Assembly: GCA_963766295.1 (NCBI GenBank)
Contig: CAVXYW010000001.1
Location: forward strand, 666,815 to 730,814
From: an uncultured Actinomycetes bacterium
GTDB lineage: Bacteria > Actinomycetota > JAICYB01
DNA: 64,000 bases
Direction of reading: 5' to 3'
This document shows, in pieces, positions 47,564-57,166 of the stretch; position 1 is the stretch's first letter; every line of letters begins with the position of its first letter. A model generated the notes under the pieces. It saw only the letters and a list, made by a program, of their open reading frames with translations. It made no database searches and was not told where the DNA came from. Position numbers and translations under genes: made by a program.

Positions 47564-49399
47564 TTATCTGAAGACCGGCGGATCTTCGCGCGCCCACTCG
47601 CCGTTTCGGAATCTCTTTCCGCCGTATGTTTCGATGTACGCGCCTTTCACTCCGTCGTAACCGTTGGCGTCGGGATTCCACCAAACCTCGCGGGCGTCGT
47701 CGATGGCGGTGTGGTCGTGAGCACCCTTAGTGCCGTCCGGGCCATCTTGATAGGACGTGTAACCGACTTGGAAGTCGGGCGCTCCGCCGGGCGGCGATCG
47801 GAAGATGGCTTCAGCCATGTTCACGGGAGTGAGGTTGGGGCCTGTTGCTTGCAGGAAGCTGAACACCCGCATGGCAAGGAAGTAGCCGCCGTCGGTTCCG
47901 GCTGCGAGCTTGGTTCCCGTCGCCGCTTTGTACGTCTTCGGCGGTTCACCGTTGCCACCGAGGATCTTCCCCGTCGGACCGAGCTGGCTCATGCCGAACA
48001 GGCTTCCTCTCACCTGGTTGGGTTCCCACAACCTCGGAACGTTGTCCACGTCGGTAAGGGCCACACCGATGACGATCCATTCCGGGTTGTACCCCTGACC
48101 CTGCGCCGATTGCGTGAGGAAGATCGGTGAGATCGGATCGCAGGTCAGGACGATCGTGGTGACGCCCTCGGCCTTGAACTGGATGATCGCCTGTGCCGCT
48201 TCGTCGGCGAACCTCGAGATGTCGAGCGTGTAGTTGTAACGGGACCCCTTGGGGGTGCCGTACTTCGTTTGCACATCTCGCTCGAAGATGTTGCCGCACG
48301 TCTGGTATGCGTCGTTGTCGGGGATGTAGATCGCATACTTACGCGTCTTATCCTTGTCCAACCCCTTCGCATACTTGGCAGGCTTCTTGGCGAGGCGCTT
48401 CCCGTAGTACTCAGCCACTTGATATGTGATCCGCTCGCATTCCGGCGGTCCGGCCCAGAGGTAGGGGTGATGCTTGCGGTAAAAGGTCTCCGGGTAATAC
48501 GCGGCTGCGTCGATCACCATGAGCTTTCGGGCTGCGGCGCACTCGGAGAAGGCCGGCCCACCGTCCGTCACGGCGAAGGCTTTCAGATCGTTGACGATGA
48601 CGTTCACGTCCGCGCAGGCGCCCTCCTTGCCTCGACCTTGCGCCTCTTGTGTTTCGTCGCCGAACTGAGACTCCCACTCGATGAGCTTGACTTGGCGTCC
48701 CCAGAGCTCGAAGACCTTGTTGAAGTACTTGTAGAACTCGAGGCGCGCAGCATCGGTCACGTCTTCGGATGCACCGCCGGCCTGCGCGACGACGGCGTCA
48801 ACGGCTTGTGAGTTGGCCGAGTCCGGGAACTTCCGCCGGACGATGATGATCTCCTTCTCGGTAACGCCGCGGTACGTCGCGCCAGGGTTCTTACCGTCCC
48901 ACTTCGGATAACAGGGCGCCGCGTAAGCCGACCACGGGATCTGCCGAACGTTCGGCCCACAATCGAAACCGCTTTTGGTCTTGCCGGTCAGCGTCCAGGC
49001 CAAGGGGTCGAATCCGGCCGGTGTAGCGGCCGTGGCAACAGTCGACGGGCCCGCTATAGCCGTTGCGCTCTCGACCTTCGTCTCAGACGGGCCGGTTGTT
49101 GCCGAGGGAGAGTCTCCGGACGTCTGGGTTGTCTCTCCGGACGAGACCTGACTGGCGGTTTCTGTCGGCGCGTCGTTGTCCCGCAACGGGATCAGAACGA
49201 CTATGAGGCCCCAGATGGTGAGCATTGCGTAGAAGGGCAGGTACTTCTGGATGTTGCGGACCACGCGATCGGGCCCGGTCAGTGCGTGACCGTTGGTCTC
49301 CAGAGCTTCGACACGCTCAGCAAATCGATCGAATGCATTGTTGAGCCGATCGATCGATTGTTGAATTGCGCGGTTGGAGTCGGGGCCGCGAGTAGCCAC
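47564..49399 (-). CDS. membrane-anchored extracytoplasmic protein, paralogue 1 (candidate ABC solute-binding protein)
   Basis: Proposed GTG start at 49399, 2 nt after the paralogue 2 stop. N-terminal cytoplasmic motif SIDRLNNAFDRFAERVEALE, one TM (YLPFYAMLTIWGLIVVLIPL), a Ser/Thr/Ala-rich linker, then a conserved ectodomain of about 500 aa. Confidence 0.5.
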   Translation of the reverse strand: MATRGPDSNRAIQQSIDRLNNAFDRFAERVEALETNGHALTGPDRVVRNIQKYLPFYAMLTIWGLIVVLIPLRDNDAPTETASQVSSGETTQTSGDSPSATTGPSETKVESATAIAGPSTVATAATPAGFDPLAWTLTGKTKSGFDCGPNVRQIPWSAYAAPCYPKWDGKNPGATYRGVTEKEIIIVRRKFPDSANSQAVDAVVAQAGGASEDVTDAARLEFYKYFNKVFELWGRQVKLIEWESQFGDETQEAQGRGKEGACADVNVIVNDLKAFAVTDGGPAFSECAAARKLMVIDAAAYYPETFYRKHHPYLWAGPPECERITYQVAEYYGKRLAKKPAKYAKGLDKDKTRKYAIYIPDNDAYQTCGNIFERDVQTKYGTPKGSRYNYTLDISRFADEAAQAIIQFKAEGVTTIVLTCDPISPIFLTQSAQGQGYNPEWIVIGVALTDVDNVPRLWEPNQVRGSLFGMSQLGPTGKILGGNGEPPKTYKAATGTKLAAGTDGGYFLAMRVFSFLQATGPNLTPVNMAEAIFRSPPGGAPDFQVGYTSYQDGPDGTKGAHDHTAIDDAREVWWNPDANGYDGVKGAYIETYGGKRFRNGEWAREDPPVFR

Positions 49400-49401
49400 G
49401 C

Positions 49402-51270
49402 TTACTTGAAGACCGGTGGGTCTTCCTTCGGCCACTCGCCGTTGCGGAAGCGCTTTCCTCCGTGCGTTTCGACGTAGGTCCCCTTCTTCCCGTCGGCTCC
49501 CGTGCCGCTGGCGTTCCACCAGATCTCGCGCGAGTCGTCGATGCCGGCGTGGTCCTTGGCTCCCTTGGTGCCGTTGGAGCCGTCCTGATACGAGATGTAG
49601 CCGACGTCGTAGTTCGGTGCGCCAGCGGGCGGCAGGGCCCAGAACGCGTCGGCCAAGGTCTGCGGCGTCAGATTGGGACCGGCCGCCTGCATCGCATTGA
49701 AGGCCGCTATGAAGTTCATGTAGAACGGCTGACCCGTTGTTCCCGCCGGGATGTTCGTTCCAGTAGCCGCTTTGTAGCTCTTACCCGATTCACTTTCCGG
49801 GCCGAGGACCTTCTTCGTAGCGCCGACCTGGCTCATCCCGAACAGACTTCCTCGTATCTCTTCCCCGTCCCAGGTGCGGGGGAAGTTGTCCGAGTCGTTC
49901 AGTGCCACTCCGATGTTGAACCACTCCGGCCACCAGTTCTGAGCCTTGGCCGATTGCGTGAGGAAGACCATGGATATCGGGTCGCAGGCCATCACCAATG
50001 TGGTTGCGCCGGCGGCATTGAACGAGATCGCAGCATTCGCCGCCTCGTCGGCGAATCGGGAGATATCAAGTGTGTAGTCGTAGCGCGGCCCGGGTTGAAC
50101 GCCGTACTTGTCGCGTGCCTCCTTCGTTGTGATGCCAACGCAGTACTGATACTCCGGGTTGTTCGGGACGTAGGTAGCGAAAACACGTTTCTTGTCCTTT
50201 TGGAGGTTCTTCGCCCACTTGGCCGGCTTATTTGCCAGACGTTTTCCGACGTACTCAGCCACCTGGTAAGAGATCCGCTCGCACTCCATCGTGGTGTGCC
50301 AGACGTATGGATGGTGCTTCTTGTACCAGCGCTCCGGGAAGTAAGCCCCGCCCCAGAACACGACCATCTTTCGCTCAGCAGCACATTCTGCAAAAACGTT
50401 CGACGAACTCATCACCGCGAAGGCCTTGATGTCGTTCTTGATCACGTTCGCGTCGGCGCATGCACCTTCCTTGCCCTTGCTCTGCGCTTCTGCCGTTTCA
50501 TCGCCGAACTGAGACTCGTAGATCACCCACTTAACCTTGCGACCCCAGAGCTCATAGACCTTGTTGAACCAGGGTCGCCAGACGTCTCCTACCGCCCGCG
50601 CTACCTCGGTCGACGCGAATCCGGCGGCCGTGGTGGCGGCCTCAACCGCTTGCGAGTTGGCCGACTCGGGGAAGCGGCGAACAACGATGGTGATCTCCTT
50701 GGCAGTTACCCCGTGGGAGGTCGCGCCTGGGTTCCCTTCCGTCCACTTCGGATAGCACGGCGCGGCATAAGCGGACCACGGGATCTGCCGAACTCCCGGC
50801 TTGCAGTCATAGTCTCCGGCGGTTTTGCCCTCGAGGTTCCAGGCAAGCGGATCGAAGCCCGCCGACACGTTGGCTGACGGCGCCGCTGCCGCTGGCCCGG
50901 CGGTGGTCGCCGGGCCGGATCCGTTCGAATCTGTTCTGGTTTCGGTCTCAGCTGCGACCTCCGTGCCTGGCGTGAGGCCCGTGGAGGTGTCGGATGTGGT
51001 GACTTGGCTGGCTTCTTCACGATCGTTGTCGGAGCGTGTGGGGAGGATCAAGAACATGAGAAGGAAGATCGCTGCGAGGGCGAAGAAGGGCATCCACCGC
51101 TGGACGAAGGTCGTGAAGCGGTCGGCCTCGCCTGCGGGGCCGCCGTTGCCGCCGACCTCCAGCGCGTCGATGCGGTCGGCCAGGCGCTCAAAAGCGTCCG
51201 CTAGGCGGTCGACGGAATGCTGTAAGGACGCGTTCGCGCCTCTGGTGCTGCGAGCTCCCCGTGTTGCCAA
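49402..51270 (-). CDS. membrane-anchored extracytoplasmic protein, paralogue 2 (candidate ABC solute-binding protein)
   Basis: TTG start. Same architecture as paralogue 1: SVDRLADAFERLADRIDALE, TM MPFFALAAIFLLMFLIL, a linker, and an ectodomain collinear with paralogue 1 (GFDPLAW, IPWSAYAAPCYPKW, KGKEGACAD, FRNGEW..EDPPVF). Confidence 0.5.
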   Translation of the reverse strand: MATRGARSTRGANASLQHSVDRLADAFERLADRIDALEVGGNGGPAGEADRFTTFVQRWMPFFALAAIFLLMFLILPTRSDNDREEASQVTTSDTSTGLTPGTEVAAETETRTDSNGSGPATTAGPAAAAPSANVSAGFDPLAWNLEGKTAGDYDCKPGVRQIPWSAYAAPCYPKWTEGNPGATSHGVTAKEITIVVRRFPESANSQAVEAATTAAGFASTEVARAVGDVWRPWFNKVYELWGRKVKWVIYESQFGDETAEAQSKGKEGACADANVIKNDIKAFAVMSSSNVFAECAAERKMVVFWGGAYFPERWYKKHHPYVWHTTMECERISYQVAEYVGKRLANKPAKWAKNLQKDKKRVFATYVPNNPEYQYCVGITTKEARDKYGVQPGPRYDYTLDISRFADEAANAAISFNAAGATTLVMACDPISMVFLTQSAKAQNWWPEWFNIGVALNDSDNFPRTWDGEEIRGSLFGMSQVGATKKVLGPESESGKSYKAATGTNIPAGTTGQPFYMNFIAAFNAMQAAGPNLTPQTLADAFWALPPAGAPNYDVGYISYQDGSNGTKGAKDHAGIDDSREIWWNASGTGADGKKGTYVETHGGKRFRNGEWPKEDPPVFK

Positions 51271-51491
51271 GTCCCCTCCCAGGACCGGGCAGGCACACCC
51301 ACTCCTCGCTTAGGCACCCCTAGTTGCGCCTCAGCGGTTCTTCTTGAATCGCCAGTCAAGTGATACAGCCACCGACCGGATTCCGCAAGCCGAACGGCAA
51401 AAGCCCTGGTCACGAGGGCGGAGCGGCGGCGTCTGAGCTTTAGCTCGCGGCGGTTGGCGCGAAACCTGTCCCGGTAAGTACGGTTTGTTCC

Positions 51492-52385
51492 GTGCGAATA
51501 GGGGTGTTCTCTCCGGCGGCATCGATCGAGGGATTGGTGGCCGATCTGAAGGCAGCGAAGGACGCCGCACTCGAATCGGTTTGGGTGCCCCAAGTGTTCG
51601 CCCTCGACGCGCTGACATCGTTGGCGGTTGCCGGGCAAGAAGTGCCGGGCATCGCGGTGGGAACGGGTGTGGTCCCCACATATCCGCGTCACCCATCGGC
51701 GCTTGCGTTACAAGCGCTGACAACGCAGCAGGCATTGGACGGCCGGCTGACCCTCGGTATCGGACTGTCGCATCAGATGGTCGTGGAGAACATGTGGGGC
51801 TTCTCCTTCGATCGTCCCGGCCGGCACATGCGCGAGTACCTGTCGATCCTTATGCCCTTATTGCGCGACCGTAGCGTCGCGTTCGAGGGCGAAACGTTGA
51901 AGACGATGGGGCAGGTGCAGATCCAAGGCGACGTGACGGCGCCACCCGTCGTTGTTGCGGCGCTGGCTCCCCAGATGCTTGCGATAGCCGGAAAGCTCGC
52001 CGACGGCACGATCACGTGGATGACGGGGATAAAAACGATCGAGTCCCACATAGCGCCGCGCATAAACAAGGCGGCGGCCAACGCTGGTCGCCCGTCCCCG
52101 CGCGTAGTGGTGATGCTTCCGGTCTCGGTTACCGACGATGAGCCCGAAGCTCGGGAGCGCGCGGCCAATGCGTTCGTTATCTACGGCCAGCTCCCGTCCT
52201 ACCGCGCGATGCTCGACCGTGAGGGAGCCGAAGGGCCGGCCGACGTAGCGATCATCGGCGACGCGGGCTTCGTGCGCGGTGAGATCGACAAGCTGTTCGA
52301 AGCCGGCGCAACCGATTTCGTCGGCATCACATACGCGAACCGAGAGAAGACTCTGGAGACCCTTTCCGACATCGTTCGTGGGTGA
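51492..52385 (+). CDS. LLM class F420-dependent oxidoreductase (luciferase-like monooxygenase family)
   Basis: TIM-barrel LLM pattern MRIGVF...VWVPQ...GIGLSHQ. GTG start. Confidence 0.7.
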   Translation: MRIGVFSPAASIEGLVADLKAAKDAALESVWVPQVFALDALTSLAVAGQEVPGIAVGTGVVPTYPRHPSALALQALTTQQALDGRLTLGIGLSHQMVVENMWGFSFDRPGRHMREYLSILMPLLRDRSVAFEGETLKTMGQVQIQGDVTAPPVVVAALAPQMLAIAGKLADGTITWMTGIKTIESHIAPRINKAAANAGRPSPRVVVMLPVSVTDDEPEARERAANAFVIYGQLPSYRAMLDREGAEGPADVAIIGDAGFVRGEIDKLFEAGATDFVGITYANREKTLETLSDIVRG

Positions 52386-52603
52386 CCTGAGGTAGACACT
52401 TCCTAGACCGGCCTCCTCCGCTAGCGCCTAGTTGGCCGTTATGCGCGTGGCCAGAACGCGCGAGTTAGGACAAGCCTTTTGGTCAGCTCCTCGAAGGCGT
52501 CGCCCTAGTCCCGGTCCTGGATCCGTCTAAGAAAGAGCTACGTCATCGCCCATAGCGCTTTCTGAGTATTCGGATGGAGTCTGCTCGCTGGAGGTGTTCG
52601 TTC

Positions 52604-53290
52604 TTAGTCCGGCTCCACGACGGTATCGAGCGTCACTCGGTCGCCTGTCGAAAGTGTCCACACCAGTGATGTATCGGCCGACATGACGCGTCCGGCTTCG
52701 ACCGCCCACACGATCCGCGTTCGGCCGGAAAGGCGACCTTCGAAAGTTCCAGACGCCCCGGTAGTGCGTAGGCGGCCGGAGACCGGGCCTTCGAACTCAG
52801 CCGCGTCGACCTCGGAGATGCGTCTGAACCGGACAATGTGCAGCCTCGTTCGAAGTGACGCGCGAAGGGTCTGGGTGGTGATGCGCTGCGTACTTGACCA
52901 CTCCTCACCGATCCGAACGCGCTGGGAAGGGAGCGGCGGATTGAGCTGTCCGGCGAGCGAGGCGAGATCGGTCTGTCCCGATCCCGCCACGCTCGTCCCC
53001 CGTATGCGATCGAGCTGAACCGATCCGTCGTTAAGCAGGCGGATGTCGGCGTTGATGATCTTGGCGCCCTCGCCTTCGGGACGAAGCGTGAGAGCCGCAC
53101 CACCCGGGCGGGGGTCGAGGCGGAGCGAGGCTTCCCGGCTCAGGGTTACCTCGGCTACAGACCCCTCGGCCTGGACCTCTACGCGGTAGCGTGCGGGACC
53201 GATCGGGCCGCGCCGGAGTAACACCTGATCGTCGGTGCACGCGACACTGCACGCAGTCAGGCAGAGAAGTAGGGCGAAGAGACGTCTCAT
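52604..53290 (-). CDS. lipoprotein of unknown function
   Basis: MRRLFALLLCLTACSV signal peptide with lipobox. Length 228 aa. Confidence 0.5.
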   Translation of the reverse strand: MRRLFALLLCLTACSVACTDDQVLLRRGPIGPARYRVEVQAEGSVAEVTLSREASLRLDPRPGGAALTLRPEGEGAKIINADIRLLNDGSVQLDRIRGTSVAGSGQTDLASLAGQLNPPLPSQRVRIGEEWSSTQRITTQTLRASLRTRLHIVRFRRISEVDAAEFEGPVSGRLRTTGASGTFEGRLSGRTRIVWAVEAGRVMSADTSLVWTLSTGDRVTLDTVVEPD

Positions 53291-53350
53291 AGAGTTCCAG
53301 CGACGGTAACCGACTCCGCAGCTGAAGCTGCGGAATCGCTAGTCCGCCTT

Positions 53351-53929
53351 CTAGGCGGCGTTCAGCGGTGCCGCTCCGAAGGCGACGTTGAATCGCCGGC
53401 ACCAGACGACGACCGACTTGTACTTCTCGACGTCGGTTCCGTCGGGGACCTGATAGTTCTGGTTACCGATGTTCCCCTTCAAGGCGCCAAGGTCGATGAA
53501 GTCCTGCGCGAACTGGGTCCCGCTCGCGGTTGACGCCGCGGTCGAGAGGTAGATGACGAGATCCGGACCGTTCTCGGTGCTGAAATCTTCGAATCGCACG
53601 TAGTGATGCCCGTCGTCGGCCTTACTGAGCGTCGCCTTGCCGGTGGTCTCGTGATCGATGCTGCGGAAGGAGCCGCTCAAGGTCATCATGGCGCCGTCCG
53701 TCATGGCATCGTCCTTGGCCATGGCGCCGTGGTCGGCCATCGCGTCGTCCTCGCTCATGGCATCGCCGCCGGAGCCGGGCGCCTGCTCGCTGACCGTCTG
53801 GTCGATGAACAGCGCCTGGGGCTGGAACCAGTAGAGGACTCCTCCGACCGCGGCCAGCACGAGCACGACGGCCGGGATCCACACCTTGGGACGGAGCAGC
53901 TTGCTTGTGAGCGTGGCGTTGGTGTCCAT
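53351..53929 (-). CDS. DM13 domain protein with an N-terminal membrane anchor
   Basis: Real start MDTNATL (ATG 53929, AGGAGG RBS), one TM, then LSGSFRSIDHETTGKATL...ENGPDLVIYL...YKSVVVWCRRFNVAF matching the DM13 pattern. Confidence 0.55.
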   Translation of the reverse strand: MDTNATLTSKLLRPKVWIPAVVLVLAAVGGVLYWFQPQALFIDQTVSEQAPGSGGDAMSEDDAMADHGAMAKDDAMTDGAMMTLSGSFRSIDHETTGKATLSKADDGHHYVRFEDFSTENGPDLVIYLSTAASTASGTQFAQDFIDLGALKGNIGNQNYQVPDGTDVEKYKSVVVWCRRFNVAFGAAPLNAA

Positions 53930-54038
53930 TCCGGCCTCCTGATCGCTTACTCCCCACGGTAGCCGAGGATCGATTACGGACTTCTTACAGGCCCCGAATT
54001 CGTAAGGCCCCGGCAAGGATTCGCGCGGAGAATGGTGT

Positions 54039-54722
54039 ATGGCCCAGCGCGTCCTGATCGTCGACGACGACCCCATCGTGCGAGACGTCCTCTCGCGCTA
54101 CCTCGCGCGGGACGGCTTCGATGTCGACACCGCAGCCGACGGCGAGGCCGCCCTCGGAGCCATTGCAGACGGCTCCCCCGACCTTGTCCTGCTGGACCTG
54201 ATGCTCCCCAAGCTCGACGGCTTCGACGTTTTCGAACGCATGCGCAGCTTCTCCGACGCACCGGTGATCATGCTCACGGCCAAAGGCGAGGAGACGGACC
54301 GTATCGCCGGCCTGCGCATGGGCGCCGACGACTACGTCAACAAGCCTTTCTCTCCAAAGGAAGTCTGTCTTCGCGTGCAGGCCGTACTTCGTCGAACCAA
54401 TTCTTTCGCCGAGGCCGCCACAGAGCGACTCGAGTTCAACGATCTCGAGATCGACCAGGCCAGCCGGCGCGTTCTGGTCCGCGGCGAAGAGGTCACGTTG
54501 ACCCCCAAGGAATTCGATGTGCTCGCACTTCTCGCTCGAAACCCCGGACGCGTCTTCGGACGGCTCGACATCCTGTCGGAATTGTGGGACTTCGCGTTCG
54601 ATGGAGACCCGTCGACGGTCACCGTACACATCAGGCGCTTGCGCGAGAAGGTCGAGAAGGATCCGTCCGTTCCTGCCCACATCGTCACTGTGTGGGGGAG
54701 CGGCTACAGGTTCGATCCGTGA
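54039..54722 (+). CDS. OmpR-family response regulator
   Basis: VLIVDDDP...DLVLLDLMLP receiver domain plus a winged-helix C-terminus ending VWGSGYRF. Confidence 0.9.
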   Translation: MAQRVLIVDDDPIVRDVLSRYLARDGFDVDTAADGEAALGAIADGSPDLVLLDLMLPKLDGFDVFERMRSFSDAPVIMLTAKGEETDRIAGLRMGADDYVNKPFSPKEVCLRVQAVLRRTNSFAEAATERLEFNDLEIDQASRRVLVRGEEVTLTPKEFDVLALLARNPGRVFGRLDILSELWDFAFDGDPSTVTVHIRRLREKVEKDPSVPAHIVTVWGSGYRFDP

Positions 54723-55936
54723 TGAAGGCCAGCGTTCTGCGTCCGATCGCGCTCGTCGGTGGTGTGGCGATAACGGGCGCCGCTCTGACACTGATAGTGG
54801 CGTTCGCGCTCGGCATGTCGGCTTCCGAGGTCACACATCTTGCGGCGATGCTGATACCGGCTGCCGTAACGACGGTCGTTGCAACCGTCCTGGCTGCGCC
54901 ACTGCTCGCGCGAACCTCTTTCCGGCTGCGAGTTCTGTCGCTGGTCGTTCTTGCAACCGTTGTGAGCCTGGCCAACCTCGGTGTGTTGTCTGGCCTGATG
55001 CTGGTACGACACGACGCGCTGCTTATCGCAGCCCTGCTGGTCTACTCTGCACTCGCGGGCTTCGGGGCGGCGTGGAGCTCCTCCCAGTCGTTCACGCGAG
55101 GCATGCGCGAGATCCACGACACCGCTCAGAAGTTGGCCGCCGGCGATCTACAGGCGCGGGCCGGCCGTGTCGAAGGTGGGCCTGAGCTTCAGGGGCTCGC
55201 GCAAAGCCTGGACGAGATGGCGCACCGTCTTCAGACATCGATCGTCGCCGAGAGGCGTGCGGTCTCCGTGCGCAACGATTTGATCACCGCTGTGTCGCAC
55301 GACCTCCGTACCCCGCTGGCCGGCCTTAGGGCGATGGTGGAGGCCGTGCAGGACGGAGTGGTGGACGATCCGGCAACTTTGCGTTCGTACGCGCAAGACA
55401 TGAAGGGAGCCGTCGACGCACTGGTCGTTCTGATCGACGACCTGTTCGAGTTGGTGAAGCTTGACGCTGCACCGCTCGAGTCGGAGACGGAACGAGCACG
55501 TCTGGACGAGGTCGTAGCCAGTGCGATGGCGCTATGCCGTCCCCAAGCGATCGAGAAAGGTTTGGAAGTAACCGCGGATCTGAACGGGACGGAAGCGGTG
55601 ATGGTCTCGCCGCGCGTTACGCGAGCGCTGCAGAACCTCGTGCAGAATGCGATCCGTCACACACCCGCAGATGGGTCGGTTCGCGTTGTCGCGCGGGACG
55701 ACGACAGGTCATTGGAACTGTCAGTGGAAGACACAGGGGAGGGCATCTCGGCTGCCACTGTCGATCGCATCTTCGAGCCTTTCTGGCGCGGTGACCCGGC
55801 ACGCGTCGGTGCGGGATCGGGCCTGGGGTTAACGCTGGCGCAACGGATCGTGCAGGGTCTCGGGGGCGACATTGATGTCGAGAGCCAACCGGAAAGAGGA
55901 TCGCGTTTCGCGATCAAGCTCCCTATCGCCAGATGA
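54722..55936 (+). CDS. sensor histidine kinase (2 TM, HAMP, HisKA, HATPase_c)
   Basis: ATG overlaps the response-regulator stop (TGATG). H-box AVSHDLRTPL, N-box QNLVQNAIRH, G-boxes DTGEGI and GSGLGL. Confidence 0.85.
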   Translation: MKASVLRPIALVGGVAITGAALTLIVAFALGMSASEVTHLAAMLIPAAVTTVVATVLAAPLLARTSFRLRVLSLVVLATVVSLANLGVLSGLMLVRHDALLIAALLVYSALAGFGAAWSSSQSFTRGMREIHDTAQKLAAGDLQARAGRVEGGPELQGLAQSLDEMAHRLQTSIVAERRAVSVRNDLITAVSHDLRTPLAGLRAMVEAVQDGVVDDPATLRSYAQDMKGAVDALVVLIDDLFELVKLDAAPLESETERARLDEVVASAMALCRPQAIEKGLEVTADLNGTEAVMVSPRVTRALQNLVQNAIRHTPADGSVRVVARDDDRSLELSVEDTGEGISAATVDRIFEPFWRGDPARVGAGSGLGLTLAQRIVQGLGGDIDVESQPERGSRFAIKLPIAR

Positions 55937-56158
55937 GCGGAACGGATGCCGTTTGGCCCGGTGGGCGTCCCGTAGTTGGTCAAACGGGTGACACGATTAC
56001 GGGGGAAGTGACAGTCACCAAAGTTCGCGAGGACAACCGATAACCGAATTGGATACGAGAGTGTTGCTGTCCGATGGGACCGTCGTCCTCGAGGGAACGG
56101 CTGTTTGTTACACCATGCGGCTGTCAGCCGACTAAGGCGCTTGCCGTTCGCTTCAACC

Positions 56159-57070
56159 CTAAGCGCCGCGGCGCGTGCTCGAGTACGAGTACGCGCGCGG
56201 ACGAGCCCGCAAGACCGGATCGTCCGACGCTTCGATGCCGTCCACCAGACGCATCGGGTCGAAGACGAATCGCTCACACACGTCCTGATCGGGGGCCGGG
56301 CCGGTGATCTCGAGGCGACCGGCGAGGATCTGGTCGCGGTCGTCCGGCCATCCAGTGGTCGGGTCGGACTGGTCAGCTTCCGTTGCGATCTGGACGTGCA
56401 GGTCGAAGGACGCCGGTCCCTCGGAGAGGCGCGCAAGGAGGTCGTCGCGTAGATAGGAGGGCGGCAATGCCTGCGCCTCGTCGGCTGTAAGGGTCGCCGG
56501 TTCGAGCTCGGGTTCCCAGCGATATCGGCCGAAGCGAGCGGTGTCGTCGGACGCGACGAAGCGGTACGCGTGGATCGCGAAGTACGGAGTGCGAAGGAAA
56601 CTCGCGAGCGGCGGCGCCGTCAGCAGAATCTCGGCCGCGCGGGCCGACTCCGGACGCGCCCCCACGAACGCTGCGAGCGCTTCGAAATCGAGCTTGCCAG
56701 TCGCGGGTCCCGGCGTGCGCAGATGCAGGAACTCGAGGAACTCCTCCGGCGTGCGGACGATGAACACGGGATGGTTGATCGAGACGATGTCCGTGGCGCG
56801 TCCGTCGGCGAGACGGAACTTCACGGCCATGCCGCGCGGCTCACGTCCGGAATCGTGGGCGCCGGGGTCGCCGCTGCCGTTGGAGAACCGGACGGTCGCG
56901 GGCATGCGCTCACCCTGTAGGTGCGGCGCGCGCGTCAGCGCTCGTGCATCCGGCGCCGCCGTAAAGGTTGCGTCGCAGCACACGCCCTTCGCGTGCGCCG
57001 CGCGGACTCCTGGGTTCGCCCCGAACAGAGCGTCGAACGCAGCCACGAGCTCCTCGTGCAGGCGTGCCAT
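56159..57070 (-). CDS. catalase-related (catalase-core-like haem) protein
   Basis: AAHAKGVCCDATFTA and ATVRFSNGSG...RDPRGMAVKF match catalase core-domain signatures. 303 aa. Confidence 0.55.
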   Translation of the reverse strand: MARLHEELVAAFDALFGANPGVRAAHAKGVCCDATFTAAPDARALTRAPHLQGERMPATVRFSNGSGDPGAHDSGREPRGMAVKFRLADGRATDIVSINHPVFIVRTPEEFLEFLHLRTPGPATGKLDFEALAAFVGARPESARAAEILLTAPPLASFLRTPYFAIHAYRFVASDDTARFGRYRWEPELEPATLTADEAQALPPSYLRDDLLARLSEGPASFDLHVQIATEADQSDPTTGWPDDRDQILAGRLEITGPAPDQDVCERFVFDPMRLVDGIEASDDPVLRARPRAYSYSSTRRGA

Positions 57071-57166
57071 CCACTAGAGGCTACGCTGCACGACGTTTTG
57101 CGATCGGCAGGGCGGACGGAGGAAACGCCTGTTTGGTGTGCGATCTGAAAATCTAGGCGGGGGACA

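Noticed and set aside
55937-56158. GTGAC-A-GTCAC palindrome in the HK / catalase-like convergent gap as an operator
   Set aside because: It lies between two convergent 3' ends, so a promoter function is unlikely. It is at most a terminator-like element.
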